A stretch of DNA of 64,000 nt from an uncultured delta proteobacterium (GTDB lineage Bacteria; Desulfobacterota; Binatia; UBA9968): positions 160,001 to 224,000 of the forward strand of contig CAWJZV010000014.1 in assembly GCA_963847445.1 (NCBI GenBank), given 5' to 3'. This document shows positions 20,179 to 31,293 of the stretch, one piece after another. The position numbers and the translations under genes were made by a program. Each line of letters starts with the position of its first letter. The stretch's first letter is position 1. Below the pieces are notes generated by a model. It saw nothing but the letters and a program-made list of their open reading frames with translations. It was not told the origin of the DNA and searched no databases.

Positions 20179-20526
20179 ATGAAGATCGTCCGACTTTACA
20201 CCGGCGCCGATAACGAATCGCACTTCGAAGACATCGAAGTCGAGATGAATCCCCAAGGCGTCGACCTGGTTTCCGCATTGCAGCCGGCCCATGGCGTCAT
20301 GTTCCGTTCGGCGCCACCGAGCCATCGGAGCAGCTATCACTGCGTGCCGAGACGGCAGTATGTCATCACTCTATCCGGCCAAGTCGAGATCGAGACCGGC
20401 GACGGCACCATCCGCCGCTTCGGGCCGGGCGATGTCATGCTCGCCGACGACACCACGGGGCGCGGCCATATGACCCGCGTCGTCGGCGACCAACCGCGCC
20501 ACTATGTTTTCATCCCGTTGAAATAG
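20179..20526 (+). CDS. Small cupin-domain protein
   Basis: H..PRRQYVITLSG..E and GDVMLADDTTGRGH. Confidence 0.85.
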   Translation: MKIVRLYTGADNESHFEDIEVEMNPQGVDLVSALQPAHGVMFRSAPPSHRSSYHCVPRRQYVITLSGQVEIETGDGTIRRFGPGDVMLADDTTGRGHMTRVVGDQPRHYVFIPLK

Positions 20527-20601
20527 GATACCTTCATCGACCCGCAACCATCGTCGCTCGGACCGGATCGCCTCTCCGTCGCCATCGTTCCCTGTTCGAA
20601 C

Positions 20602-21713
20602 TTGATGCCGTCCATGATGGTGGCGACGCTGGGCATCGCCTTGCCGGAGATCCGCCAGACGTTTTCGCTAACCGAACTCCAAGCCGGCAGTTTATTCTCT
20701 GTCATGATGCTCATCGCCGCCGTCACCAGCGCCATCGCTGGCCGCCTGGCGGATCGAATCGGCCGCAAGACCGTGCTGATAACCGGACTCAGCTTGCTCG
20801 CTGCGGGATTTGGCTGCGCCGGCATCAGCCGATCATCCGGTGTTGTTCTTCCTGCTCCTCGCCGTCACCGGCGTCGGCTACGGCTTCACGCCGCCGTCGC
20901 TCTACGCCATCATGTCCGACCTCTTGCCCAATCGCCGCGGCTTGGGCGCGAGTCTCGTCTCTGTCACCTATGGCATCGGCGGCGCCATCGGCGCCGTGCT
21001 GGCAAGCCGGATCACCGCCGCCTTCGGTTGGCGCGCTGCGTTTGTCACCGTCGGTATCATCGCCGCCGCCGACATGCTGTTGCAGCTTTGTTGGATTCGC
21101 GACACCCATCCGACGACGCACGGCCGCGCAATCAGGCTCCTTCCGCGCTGCTCTGTCGTTTTCGATTTTGATTCTCGCGCTCGCGGAATTCATCGGCGGC
21201 TCGGTGTTCTGGGCTTCGGCGGCGTGGACTCCGACGCTGCTGCGCAGCGCCAAGCATCTCAGTCTTCAAGAGACTGGCTGGATCATGGGCATCTTGAGCG
21301 TCGCCAATATGGTCGGCTCATTTACTCTGGGGAATCTATCCGACATGTTCGGCCGCAAGCGCGTCATCGCGCTCAGCGCCTTTCCCGCGGCCGCTGCAGC
21401 CTTCGTATTGTTTTACTGGCTGCAATCGCCGCTGTCTCTCGCCATCGGCATCGCCGTCTTCGGCGTCATCAAAGCTTCCGTGCCCGCGTTGGTCGTCGCC
21501 CTCGCCCAGGAAGCCGCGCCGCCGGGCAACGCCGGCACCGCCAGCGGCATCATCATGGCGCTCCACTACTTCGCCGGCGTCGTCGCGCCGTTGATCGCCG
21601 CGCAAATCATCGCCGCCACCGGCGACATCGTCCTGGCGATGATCCTGACCACCGCATTGCCGCTAGTCCTCTACGGCTGCCTGATCAGCGCCGTGCGCGA
21701 ACGATCGCGGTAA
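20602..21713 (+). CDS. MFS transporter (two frameshifts; start uncertain)
   Basis: Motif A twice (GRLADRIGRK, GNLSDMFGRK) across three ORFs. Confidence 0.85.
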
Positions 21714-21720
21714 AATCCCA

Positions 21721-21801
21721 TTCACCACGAAGGCACGAAGACACGAAGTTCGGAATAATATTTTTCCGAAACCTTCGTGTTCTTCGTGCCTTCGTGGTGA
21801 A
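21721..21801. repeat. CACGAAG tandem-repeat hairpin (family A)
   Basis: Near-identical to 13523-13603; lies between convergent genes. Confidence 0.9.
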
Positions 21802-21830
21802 AAATATCCGTCGCTTTGAACCTGACATAT

Positions 21831-22152
21831 TCAGCGGAGCCAAGAAAACAGCGAGCACCAGCACCGTCCCGACCAACATGCCGGTGACCGCGCTCTTGGT
21901 TTTGTAAGCGATGGCGATGGTCACCGCCAATGCGACGGCGCGATACGGCGCGGCTTGCGCGTCGAAGCGCGCGCCGGACATGAATAGTGTAATCGAGATC
22001 AAGCCGCACAACAGCGCGTAGGACAGATAGCGCAGCAAGCGGTCCCACATGTCGGGAAAACTTTTGCCGACCAGAAACATCTGCGGCAAGGCGCGCAGGA
22101 CCAACGCCGACAGGCCGAGAATGAAGATCAGCTCTAGGCGCGTGAAAGCCAT
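21831..22152 (-). CDS. AzlD-like small membrane protein
   Basis: LVLRALP..LLRYLSYALLCGLI; directly downstream of azlC; end approximate. Confidence 0.7.
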
Positions 22153-22860
22153 TTTTCCAAACTCCAACCTAAGACAGCGATCAGCGCCGACGTCGCGAGC
22201 CAGCCCCAGCCGGGATTGAACAGCGCGCCGGGAATCGCCGTGACGATGCTCGCCAGACAGATCAGCGGCATGGTTTTGCCTTTCATCTCCGCCACCAGCA
22301 GGCCGGCGAAATAGCCGGGCAGAATAAATTTCAACGCCTCTTCGAAGCCCGCCGGGAAACTCAACGCCGACACCATAACCGGCGGCGGTGCCGACCACCC
22401 AGACCGTGAACGCCGTCGCGCCGATGCCGGCGAAGAAACCGAGGTTGCCATAACCGTCGGCGACCGATTTACCGCCGCTGGCTTCCCGCTCTTTTTGAAA
22501 TTGCAGATAAGGCACGATGAAACTGCTGGCGCTGACGACATGGGACGCGATCATCAGCGGCAAGCGCTTGACGCCGCGAAAGAACGGCGCCAACGCCATG
22601 CTCATCGGCAGGAAGCGCAAATTCATCAGCAAGCCGGCGATCAACACCGTCGCCGCCGACTTGCCTTCGGCGAGCGGCACGAGCACGGCGAACTGCGCCG
22701 GCCCGGAATAAACCCACGCCGACATCAGAACGATCTCTTCGAGCGTCAGCCCATGGGCCTGCGCCGCGATCCCCCAGGCGAGAGACGACGGCACGAAGGC
22801 GATCCAGATCGGAATCGCCGCTTTCATCCCCTGGCGAAATCGCGCGGCAAAAGACATCAC
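22134..22860 (-). CDS. azlC: AzlC-family branched-chain amino-acid exporter (frameshift ~22370)
   Basis: MSAWVYSGPAQF, MNLRFLPMS and WVVGTAAG. Confidence 0.85.
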
Positions 22861-22936
22861 ACTCGCTTAGCGGAGGAAGCTACGAGAAGATCAATGGAAG
22901 CGCAAAACAAATTTGAGGTTTGACGGCGCCGGAAAC

Positions 22937-22960
22937 GGGCGCAGCATGCTGCGCCCCTAC
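22937..22960. repeat. REP palindrome (GTAG-type, RAYT-associated class)
   Basis: GGGCGCAGCATGCTGCGCCCCTAC. Confidence 0.7.
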
Positions 22961-23061
22961 AGGACTTATTTTGCGACTTTGCATTGCAATAGCTCAAAGA
23001 TTCTGGCTTGCGCAACTTTGCTACGTACTCGTAAGTTGCCGGCTAACGAAGAAATCCAATC

Positions 23062-23171
23062 TCACCACGAAGGACACGAAGCGCCAAGTTCGGAGTAATA
23101 TTTTCCGAACCCTTCGTGTCCTTCGTGAGCTTCGCGGGAAATCTTCCATTTGGTTGCGGCTCGCTGCGCTA
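23062..23171. repeat. Family-A hairpin with GGTTGCGGC terminal motif
   Basis: TCACCACGAAGGACACGAAG..CTTCGTGTCCTTCGTGAGCTTCGCGG, then TGGTTGCGGCTCGCTGCGCT. Confidence 0.8.
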
Positions 23172-23190
23172 GTTCTTGCGGTTCAATTCC

Positions 23191-24934
23191 CTACGCCGAT
23201 CCCGCCACCTGCTGCTGCTTGCGCGCGTAGATCCAAAAGCTCGTCACCACCGGCGACATCACCGCGATCATCATGATCGCGATCGCCGCGGCGTCGCCCA
23301 ACCCGCCGCCATGCCATTGTCCCCAGATGTAAGTCGACAGCACCTGGCTTTTCGGCGACGATAGAAATACCGCCATGGTCAACTCGCGGTACGCCGACAG
23401 CGAGGTCCAGATCCAGGTGTAGATCAGCCCCGGCTTGATCAGCGGCACGATGATTTTGGCGAGAATTTTAAAAGACGACAGCGCCGCCCACTTGCGCCGC
23501 TTCTTCCAACTCGCGATGCACTTGGATCATGCTGTTGTTCAACACCCGGGTGCCGAAGCTGATCCAGCAGACGATATAGACCGCCATGATGACAAAGATA
23601 GTTCCGTACAGCGGCACGACGTTGGAGACCAGCAATGCCAAGTAGGCGATCGCCAGGGCGAAGAGCAGGTTGGGCACCGGATGCGGTAGAAACGCGACGG
23701 CGTCCAAGGCCACCCGCCAGCGAAATTTCGAGCGCGTGACGATCCACGAAACCGCCGCGCAGATCAGCACGATCAACGTCGGCACGGCGACCATCAAGAG
23801 GATAGTATTCAAAGCCGCATCCAAGATCGCCCTGTCGAAGGCCGCCGCGCTGTAGCGCTCGAAAGTGAGCGACGACAGCGCTTGCCAGGACGGCGCTTGC
23901 ACATAGGGCAAGAGCGACACCCAAAAGATCGCCAATAGCGGCAGGACAAACGCCAAAGTGAAGTAGAGCCCCAAGAGTGCCCACGCCGACCAGCGCCAGC
24001 GGCCCAACTCCACCGGCCGCGGCTGATAGGCCTTGCCGGAAATGATTTGATACTTGTGGCTCTGCTTGAGGGCGATGAAATACGGGATCATCATAATCAG
24101 CGACAACCCGACCATGATCGTGCCGTAGGCACCGCTCAGACCGTAGCGCGGCAAGCCTTCGTTGGGATTGATCATGAAATAGATCGCCGTGCTGAAGGTA
24201 AAAATATTGTTGGCCATGCCGATCACGCCCGGCACATCGAAAGCCGCGATCGCCACAGTGAACATCCAGATCACCGCCGAGAACAGCGCCGGCCAGATCA
24301 GCGGCAGCTCGATGCGCACCAGCGTGCGCCATTGGCTGACACCGTGGACGCTCGCCGCCTCGACCAACGACGGGTTCATGCTCTTGAGCGCGGCGGAAAT
24401 CATCACGTAAGCCAGCGGCGTCAGGGTCAGTCCTTGCACCCAGCCGATGCCGGTCAAGGTCGCGATGTTGAGCGGTGCGGTGCTGAGACCGAACAGCTGC
24501 ATGAGGAAAATATTGATCACGCCGATGCGCGGGTGGAGCAAAAATACCCAGCCCATGGCTTTGAGAAAGGTCGGAAACAGAATGCCGATACTGAGCAGAC
24601 TCATCGCCAGCGCTTTGTAGGGCATGTCGGTGCGCTCGACCAGCCAGGCGAAGATAAATCCCAACGGCACCGCCACGGCAATCGTCACGGCGGAAAAATA
24701 CAAAGTCGTCCACATCACTTTGTACGTGTACGGATCGGCGAGGATCGTCACATAATTCTTGAGCGAATAGTCCGATGGCTGCCCCGGCACGCCGGTGCGC
24801 AGACTCATCCAGATAATCATGCCCAGCAGGACCAGAATGGAAATCGCCGCGACGCCGGCGACCGCCACCAGCGACAACTGCGACCAGTTGATATTCGAGC
24901 CGCGCGGCTCGGGCATGATGACTTGAGTGGACAT
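23191..24934 (-). CDS. FbpB/AfuB-type double-domain ABC permease (frameshift ~23470)
   Basis: Two EAA motifs (LVEAASVHG, LEEAAQVGG). Confidence 0.9.
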
Positions 24935-25009
24935 GGAAATTTATTTCCCTCGCAAAGCACTATTGTTCTGCAACTTCGTAAGTCCAGCGAAGGCCAGAAT
25001 TTAGACTTC

Positions 25010-25140
25010 GAACCTCGGATGGATACCGGTTTTCACCGGTATGACGGATTAACGACCTCGGCGACAAGCCAAGGGAATTTGGAGTTGTCGACCGGAAGTC
25101 GGCTTTCTGTTTATCATTCCCGCGAAGCGGGAAACCAGGT
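25010..25140. repeat. REP-like palindromes
   Basis: TGGATACCGGTTTTCACCGGTATGAC and TCATTCCCGCGAAGCGGGAAACCAG. Confidence 0.6.
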
Positions 25141-25150
25141 TAATTTCGAA

Positions 25151-26193
25151 TCACTTCAACAGAATCTTATTCAGCTCTTCCTCGAGCCCGGCATCTTCCT
25201 TGAGAAACACTTCGCTCAATTGCTTGGCGTCCTGCAGCTTGATCTTGTTCGCTTTGACGTAATTCGCCAATATCGTACCCTCGACCAAATGGGAGCTGCG
25301 ATGATCCTGCTTCTCCAGCACGCTCTGCGCCTCGCGGGTGGTCATGAAGGCGATAAACAACTTGGCCATGTTCGGATGCACCGAATTTCTCGGCACTGCG
25401 AGTTGATAGTACGACGAAGTCGCCGGCGAAGAGCCCGGCAAGCCGACCAGCGGCGCGTTCTTGGTTTGCCACTTCCACATCGCCTCCAGCGGCCCGCCGG
25501 TGCTCGCCATGATCGGAAACTCGCCGCTGACGATGCGCTCTTCTTCACCCTGACGCAGTCGGCCGCCGGTGAGCGGCGCCAGCTTGCGCGCAAAGTTGAG
25601 AACTTTCTCTTTGCCCCAGATCGGCGTCAAGCGGACCAGCCAATGAATGTACGCCGGGATCGCCATCTTGCCGGCCCAAGTCGGCGACAGCGCCGGATCG
25701 ATCAGATCTTCATAACTCTTCGGCGCCTTGTCCTTGGGGATCGCATTGGAGTTGTAGATGATGCCGTGAAACGACGCGTAGACCAGCAACGACTCCTGCG
25801 GGGTAATTTCCATTTCCTTGGTCACCCAGGGAAAGATCCCCGCCCAATTCACTTTTTCCAGCGCTTTCTCTTCGTGCATGGTCGCGAAGGTGCCGTCGGA
25901 GCCAAGATACATATCCGTCGACGACTTCGAGCCGGCCTTCTGCTCGGTAATGATCCGCGCCGCCATCTGCGGAAAGCTCGGCCCGCCGCTCAAGTTCAAT
26001 TTCGCCTTGAAGCCATAGCGCTTGGCGAACAGAGCTTCGAGTTCGGTAAAGCCCTTCTTACCGCCAAATGTCGACGTGCTCGCGACTAACGTCACTTCGC
26101 CTTCTTTTTTTGCCTCGGCGACGATCTGTTCGAGTTTCTGCGCCTGCGCGAGAGGCGGCAAAATAACAAGACAGCAAGTATGAGTTTCAGCAC
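25151..26193 (-). CDS. ABC substrate-binding protein, Fe3+/thiamine/polyamine class (frameshift in signal peptide)
   Basis: AEAKKEGEV, IIYNS..PKSYEDL and HPNMAKLFIAF. Confidence 0.85.
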
Positions 26194-26227
26194 TGCATTA
26201 CTCCTTTCAAGCTAGTGAGACGTCAAG

Positions 26228-26310
26228 GTCGAGAATAGAGGATAGAAAATGGCGGATGGACATCAGATCGCAACGCCATCCGCGATCCTCCATCATCGAT
26301 CCTCGATCCT
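26228..26310. repeat. Inverted 7-mer GAGGAT/ATCCTC repeats
   Basis: GAGAATAGAGGATAGAAAATGG ... CGATCCTCCATCATCGATCCTCGATCCT. Confidence 0.7.
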
Positions 26311-26315
26311 GAATT

Positions 26316-27445
26316 TCAAGACAACGCTTCCACCGCATCGCGACTCGACGTCGAAGGTAATCGACCGTCGGCACTACGCATCACACCGAAGGGATCTTTG
26401 CCCTGGGCTACCGCGTCAATCGAGTCGCGGATCATCTTGCGCAGCATGAGAATCCCCTGGTCGGAGCTCGCCAGATGTTCCTTGGTGCGGTCGGCGATCA
26501 CGCCTTGAGTTTCCTGCGCCACCCGATCCTGCTCGCGATTGGGCAGATTCCACCAACCGTCTTGCACCCGCGTGTACACACCCGGCTCGCTTTTGCGAAA
26601 GCCTTTGACGCGCAGCGATTCGGGCCGTGTCGGCTGGCCGTCCTTGTGCGGGTAGAAGTCGATATAAAAAGTATTGGTCGTGTAGTCGTCCTTGGGCACG
26701 CGAAAGCGGATCACCTGGCGCGGCAGCTCGTCGACGCGCGCCGCGGAGTGGCGGATATGGGACGGAAAAATGAAATGCGATATGCGCGGCTTCGCCACGC
26801 CGTCGACCCAACGTCGTTTCTTTGAGGCCGAATGGCGTCGGCTCCCATTTGATCGTCGGCCGCTTCATCGCCATGTTGGGATAGCCGGCGGCATGGAGCG
26901 CGATGGAGTGCGTGCCGTCGGCGGAATTCTCCGCCCGTTGCAGCCAATTGCAAAACTCCTCGCCGCCGCCGACCACTCGGCAGCCATCGTCGCGTAATAG
27001 CAAATCATAGGGCGGCAAGAGCGGTACCGGCTCAGGGCCGATGTAGGCGAAGATCAAGCCGCCGGCATCCTGCGCATGAAAAGCCGGATGTTTGACCCGC
27101 TCTTTGAAAGTGCTGTCGGCCGGCTCCGCCGGTTGGTCCAGGCAATTACCGCGCGCGTCCCACAGCCAGCCATGATAGCAGCAGCGAATGCCGTTCTCTT
27201 CGACCCGGCCGTACTCCAACGACGTGCCGCGATGGGAACAGTGCAGCGCCACCAATCCCAACTTGCCGCCGCCGTCGCGAAACAACACGAAGTCTTCGCG
27301 CCAGCAACGTCACCTTGGTCGGTGCCGCTTTAGCCTGCACTTGATCGGTAAACGCCACCGGCCACCAGTAACGCCGCAGCATCTCCCCCGCCGGCGTACC
27401 CGCACCGACGCGAGTCATGAGTTCGTTTTCTTCTTGAGTCAACAT
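26316..27445 (-). CDS. Rieske non-heme oxygenase alpha subunit (phthalate 4,5-dioxygenase / LigX-like), frameshifted
   Basis: CSH..CCYH Rieske motif; ENSADGTHSIALH iron site; QDRVAQETQG. Confidence 0.9.
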
Positions 27446-27472
27446 AACGCGCTCCGTTGAAAAATGAACTTG

Positions 27473-27546
27473 CTGGAGTAATGGAGTACTGGAGTGTTGG
27501 GAATCGGAAACCCATTACTCCAAACTCCACCACTCCATTACTCCAA
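27473..27546. repeat. Inverted 8-mer TGGAGTA tandem-repeat hairpin
   Basis: TGGAGTAATGGAGTACTGGAGTGTTGG..CCATTACTCCAAACTCCACCACTCCATTACTCCA. Confidence 0.85.
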
Positions 27547-27555
27547 TCTTCTCGT

Positions 27556-28625
27556 CTACTGCTTCAGCATCTTCGTCAGTTCTTCTTTGAACTCCAGACC
27601 GCTATCCTCGCCTTGCAGATAAAAATTGATCGAGTCCTTGGCTTCCTGCAACTTGATCTTATTTTGCTTGAGATAGTTCGACATCATCGTGCCGTCGACC
27701 AGGTGCGACGTGCGGAAATCATTTTTTTCGAGAATGGCTTGGGCTTCTTTCGACGCCATGAAACCGACGAAGAGCTTGGCCAAATTCGGATGGACTGAAT
27801 TTTTCGGCACCGCTAGTTGAAAATAGGACGGCAGCACAGGTGTCGAACCCATCACCGCCACCAGCGGCGCGCCTTTGGCCTGCCACTGCCACATCTGTTC
27901 CGTTGCGCCGCCCATGTTCGCCGCGATGGGAAATTCGCCGCTGACCACCCGCTCTTCTTCGCTGTAGCGCAACCGTCCCGCGCTCAACGCCACCAGCCGC
28001 TTGGTAAAGTTCTTGACCTTGTCCTCGCTCCAGATCATCGACAGCTCGACCAGCCAAGAAACATAGGGCGGAATCGCCAGCTTGCCCGCCCAAGTCGGAC
28101 TTAACTTGGGGTCGACCAGATCTTCGTAAGTTTTCGGCGCTTTGTCCTTGGGGATCAATTTTGAGTTGTAAATCATGCCGCGCAGCGAAGTAAAAATCAG
28201 CACGCCCTCATTGGGAAAAATCTCCATCGGTTTGGTGATCCACGGAAAGATCCCGGAATAATTTACCTGCTCCAACACCTTCTCTTTGTGCAACAGCGAT
28301 ACATGGGACTGCGAGCCATGATAAATATCGCTGGACGCCTTGCTGCCGTTTTTCACTTCGGTGATCACCCGCGCCGCCATCGAATTCATCTCCGGCCCGG
28401 CGGCAAAACGGATCTTCATATTGAGGCCAAAACGTTTGTTGAACGCCGCCTCAAGGATATTCAAAGTCTTCTGCCCGCCAAAAGTCTGCGCCCCGGCAAT
28501 AAAGGTCAGCTCCGACTCTTTCTTCGCCCCCGCAATCAACTGCTCCAAAGTCTCCGCCGCGAGCTGTCGAATGAAGCGAAACCACCACCAGCAACCCAGG
28601 CGACAATCTTGGCAATAGACTTCAT
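27556..28625 (-). CDS. ABC substrate-binding protein, paralog of 25151-26193
   Basis: Shares IPKDKAPK(T/S)YEDL.DP.LSPTWAGK.AIP and EEER.VSGEFPI with the first SBP. Confidence 0.85.
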
Positions 28626-28640
28626 CGCACTCTCCGATCC

Positions 28641-28724
28641 GAAAACCTTTGAACCTTGAACCCTTGAACTTTCGAACGAATCCGAACCTCTGGAACGATT
28701 GGAACACCTGGAACCTTTGGAACA
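28641..28724. repeat. Mixed TTGAAC / TGGAAC tandem repeats
   Basis: CCTTTGAACCTTGAACCCTTGAAC..CTGGAACGATTGGAACACCTGGAACCTTTGGAAC. Confidence 0.8.
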
Positions 28725-28730
28725 GTGCTT

Positions 28731-29879
28731 TTAGTCCAACAGTTCTTCCCTCGGCTCCAACCGGATCAACTCATTCTTCGCCGGATCGCGCACGACCCCC
28801 AGCGGATCGCGCCCCTGCTTGATCGCCTCGATGCCGTCCTTATAGATCTTTCGTAGCAGAATGACACCCTTGTCGGTGGTGACCAGATGTTCCGTGGTGC
28901 GGTCGAAGATCACGCCTTGGCTCTCCTGCGCGGCGCGGTCCTGATCTTCGCGGGCGAGCCAGCCGATCTCATCGTCCCAGCGATATTTGCCGAAAACCGT
29001 GTCCTGCACGCCTTCCGCCGAGCGGTCTTTCATCAGCTTCGAAGTGATCTTGCCGTCGACCTCGTTGGCGAACTCGACGGTGTAATGGATCGTGCTGGTA
29101 TCGTCGATCGGCACGCGCCAGCGCATCACTTCGCAGGAACTGCTCGCGCGGTGCTCGGTCGGATGGCCCTCTTCGACGTTGCCGGTCTTGTTAATCGTCG
29201 GCATGACGAAGAAGTTCACATGCGCCCAGTTTTTGCCGGAGACACGCCGCGTGTAGGTGTTGAGCACGCCGTGGTCGAAGATTTGCGGGTTGATCTCGCC
29301 GTCTTCCCAGGTCGGCGTTGTCAGGCCGCGGTGCAGCCATTTCAAATGGTTTTGATCGACGGAATTTTCAATCATCTGAAAATAATTGCAGTTGACGATG
29401 CGCGCGCGCATCGCCCGCTGGCCGTCCTGGCGCGCCAGAACGTCATAGCGCGGCAACAGCGGCGCCGGCTCCGGCCCCATGTAGACAAACAAGACGCCGC
29501 CCAGCTCTTGAACTTTATACGACGGCTGGCGCACCCGCTCTTTGAACGTGCTGGTCGGCCCCTCGCCCGGCGTTTCCAACACCTTGCCGTCGACGTCGAA
29601 CAGCCAGCCATGATAGCAGCAACGCAACCCGCCGCTCTCGATATGGCCGAACTCAAGCGAAGTGCCGCGATGCATGCAGCGCAGCGCCAACACGCCGTAC
29701 TTGCCAAACTCGTCTTTGAACAGCACGACATCCTCGCCCAGAATCCGCTTCTTCTTCGGCTTGCCCTGCAGCTCGTTGGCAAACCCAATCGGCTGCCAAT
29801 ACCGCCGCAACAGCTCCCCGGCGGGCTTGCCCGGCCCAACCTGCGTCAACATGTCGTTTTCTTCTTTGCTGAGTGCCAT
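28731..29879 (-). CDS. Rieske non-heme oxygenase alpha subunit
   Basis: CMH..CCYH; ENSVDQNHLKWLH; QDRAAQESQG. Confidence 0.95.
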   Translation of the reverse strand: MALSKEENDMLTQVGPGKPAGELLRRYWQPIGFANELQGKPKKKRILGEDVVLFKDEFGKYGVLALRCMHRGTSLEFGHIESGGLRCCYHGWLFDVDGKVLETPGEGPTSTFKERVRQPSYKVQELGGVLFVYMGPEPAPLLPRYDVLARQDGQRAMRARIVNCNYFQMIENSVDQNHLKWLHRGLTTPTWEDGEINPQIFDHGVLNTYTRRVSGKNWAHVNFFVMPTINKTGNVEEGHPTEHRASSSCEVMRWRVPIDDTSTIHYTVEFANEVDGKITSKLMKDRSAEGVQDTVFGKYRWDDEIGWLAREDQDRAAQESQGVIFDRTTEHLVTTDKGVILLRKIYKDGIEAIKQGRDPLGVVRDPAKNELIRLEPREELLD

Positions 29880-29904
29880 GACCGTTTCCTTTTAGTAATG
29901 AAAT

Positions 29905-29954
29905 TATTCGTGTTTGTTCAATCACGAATATCCGAGTCGCGCCGAGGGTGTCAA
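29905..29954 (-). promoter_or_regulatory. sigma70 promoter with overlapping palindromic operator
   Basis: TTGACA (29949-29954, minus strand) and inverted repeat TATTCGTG-N10-CACGAATA (29905-29930). Confidence 0.55.
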
Positions 29955-30357
29955 GCAAGCGGCGGCGTTGATCCACTCCACCTACAAGTGGCCTGGAATA
30001 AAACTTGGATTTCTGCACTTCCCGTTTCGGCGACATGAACACAAATTCCACGATGTCAAAGCGTAGGCGCCGAATCGCGCAGAATTGTGAATTCCCCCGC
30101 TCATCGGTTGTGACGGCGCTTAGGCCGTTTCGTTTTTGATCTGGTGAGCGCTGTCGTATTCCATCACCGGGTTGATTTCTGGATAACCCGCTACACGGCA
30201 GCGTTTGTCCGCAATACGATTGACAACGGCGGACAACCTGACGGATATTGAAACGATTTTACTCATTGGAAATTAACGGGTCCTGAATAACCCGCCGGAT
30301 GAGTTGACGGTTAAATTAATATTTCGGTGGCAGAGAAGAACCTCGGAGTTGTGCGGC

Positions 30358-31293
30358 ATGGCCACAATGGCGGAACTATCGCAGCGAGTCGATCGCCTGA
30401 CGGTTGACCATTTGGCGGTCGTCGTGCGCGCCCTTGCGGCTGCTCCGTTTCCGGTAACCGTGGATCACGAGTTCCTCACATATGGCCTGGCGACGGAAGT
30501 GCTTCGCTTCTTTTTCCAGAACCAATGGACCAACGAACTCGTCTTTTCAGTCCATCAAGATGTTTCGCCGCATCATCGACAGGGGCGCCGTTATTTAAGG
30601 ACCGACTCGGCCGAGCCAGACGAACAGTTTCGACATATGCAGCGCGTCTCCACCTTGGCTGAGATCACGTTCAATCTTCAGGGTGTAGATGGTCTGCGAC
30701 AGCGCATCTGCTCTGATGAACAAGCATGACTTGGAGTCTGCATTGGGTGACGATGGAATGCGCGGCCCTGCTTTCCCGCCCTGAACTGCGTCTTCGCCTC
30801 GTCACTCCCACTGGCGTCGAAGGGCCTTGACTACGGAAGCCGAAGTAACGACATCTGCCAAGCGGACCGTTTGCTGTGAAATAAAGACCAAGTCTGAATC
30901 CACATCTCCCGATGCTCAAACTCTTTGGAGTACCCTTGAAGAGGCTCGTCAACAGTAGCCGAAAAAGGAGCGCTGGCATAATCTTGGTCAAAGTTCCGGA
31001 AGCAGTGGCTCAAGCAACAGGATCATTCCACGGAGTAGTAGCGGATGCCGTTGGCGAAAGTATTTCGTCAGTCACAGCGGCTGAGTGGGGCGTCACATTG
31101 CTCTGGGAGAATGGCATGAAGCCTCCGCAAGGATGAAGTCTGAGAGCCGGTTTAAAAATTACCGGCCAACAAGAACAGCAGACTGTATCAGTCAGATATT
31201 GATGACTTGGTCACTGTCGCGATTGGCCGCGCAAGTAATCCATCTTGGGTGTCATTTCATGCATTCATTGAGCAGACACGACCCAGCAGGTAG
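30358..31293 (+). pseudogene. Heavily frameshifted foreign gene, possible PD-(D/E)xK nuclease fold
   Basis: Fragments stitch to approximately ..GLDYEAEV..VCCEIKTK..; codon usage differs from neighbours. Confidence 0.4.

Noticed and set aside
21685-22860. AzlC-AzlD fusion ORF
   Set aside because: The AzlC C-terminus is in another frame (22134-22541), so the fusion is produced by an indel.
24047-26089. 680-aa plus-strand ORF and other long shadow ORFs (e.g. 7718-9073, 28887-30038, 59962-61056)
   Set aside because: They are antisense or off-frame shadows of well-supported genes in high-GC DNA, with no recognisable motifs.
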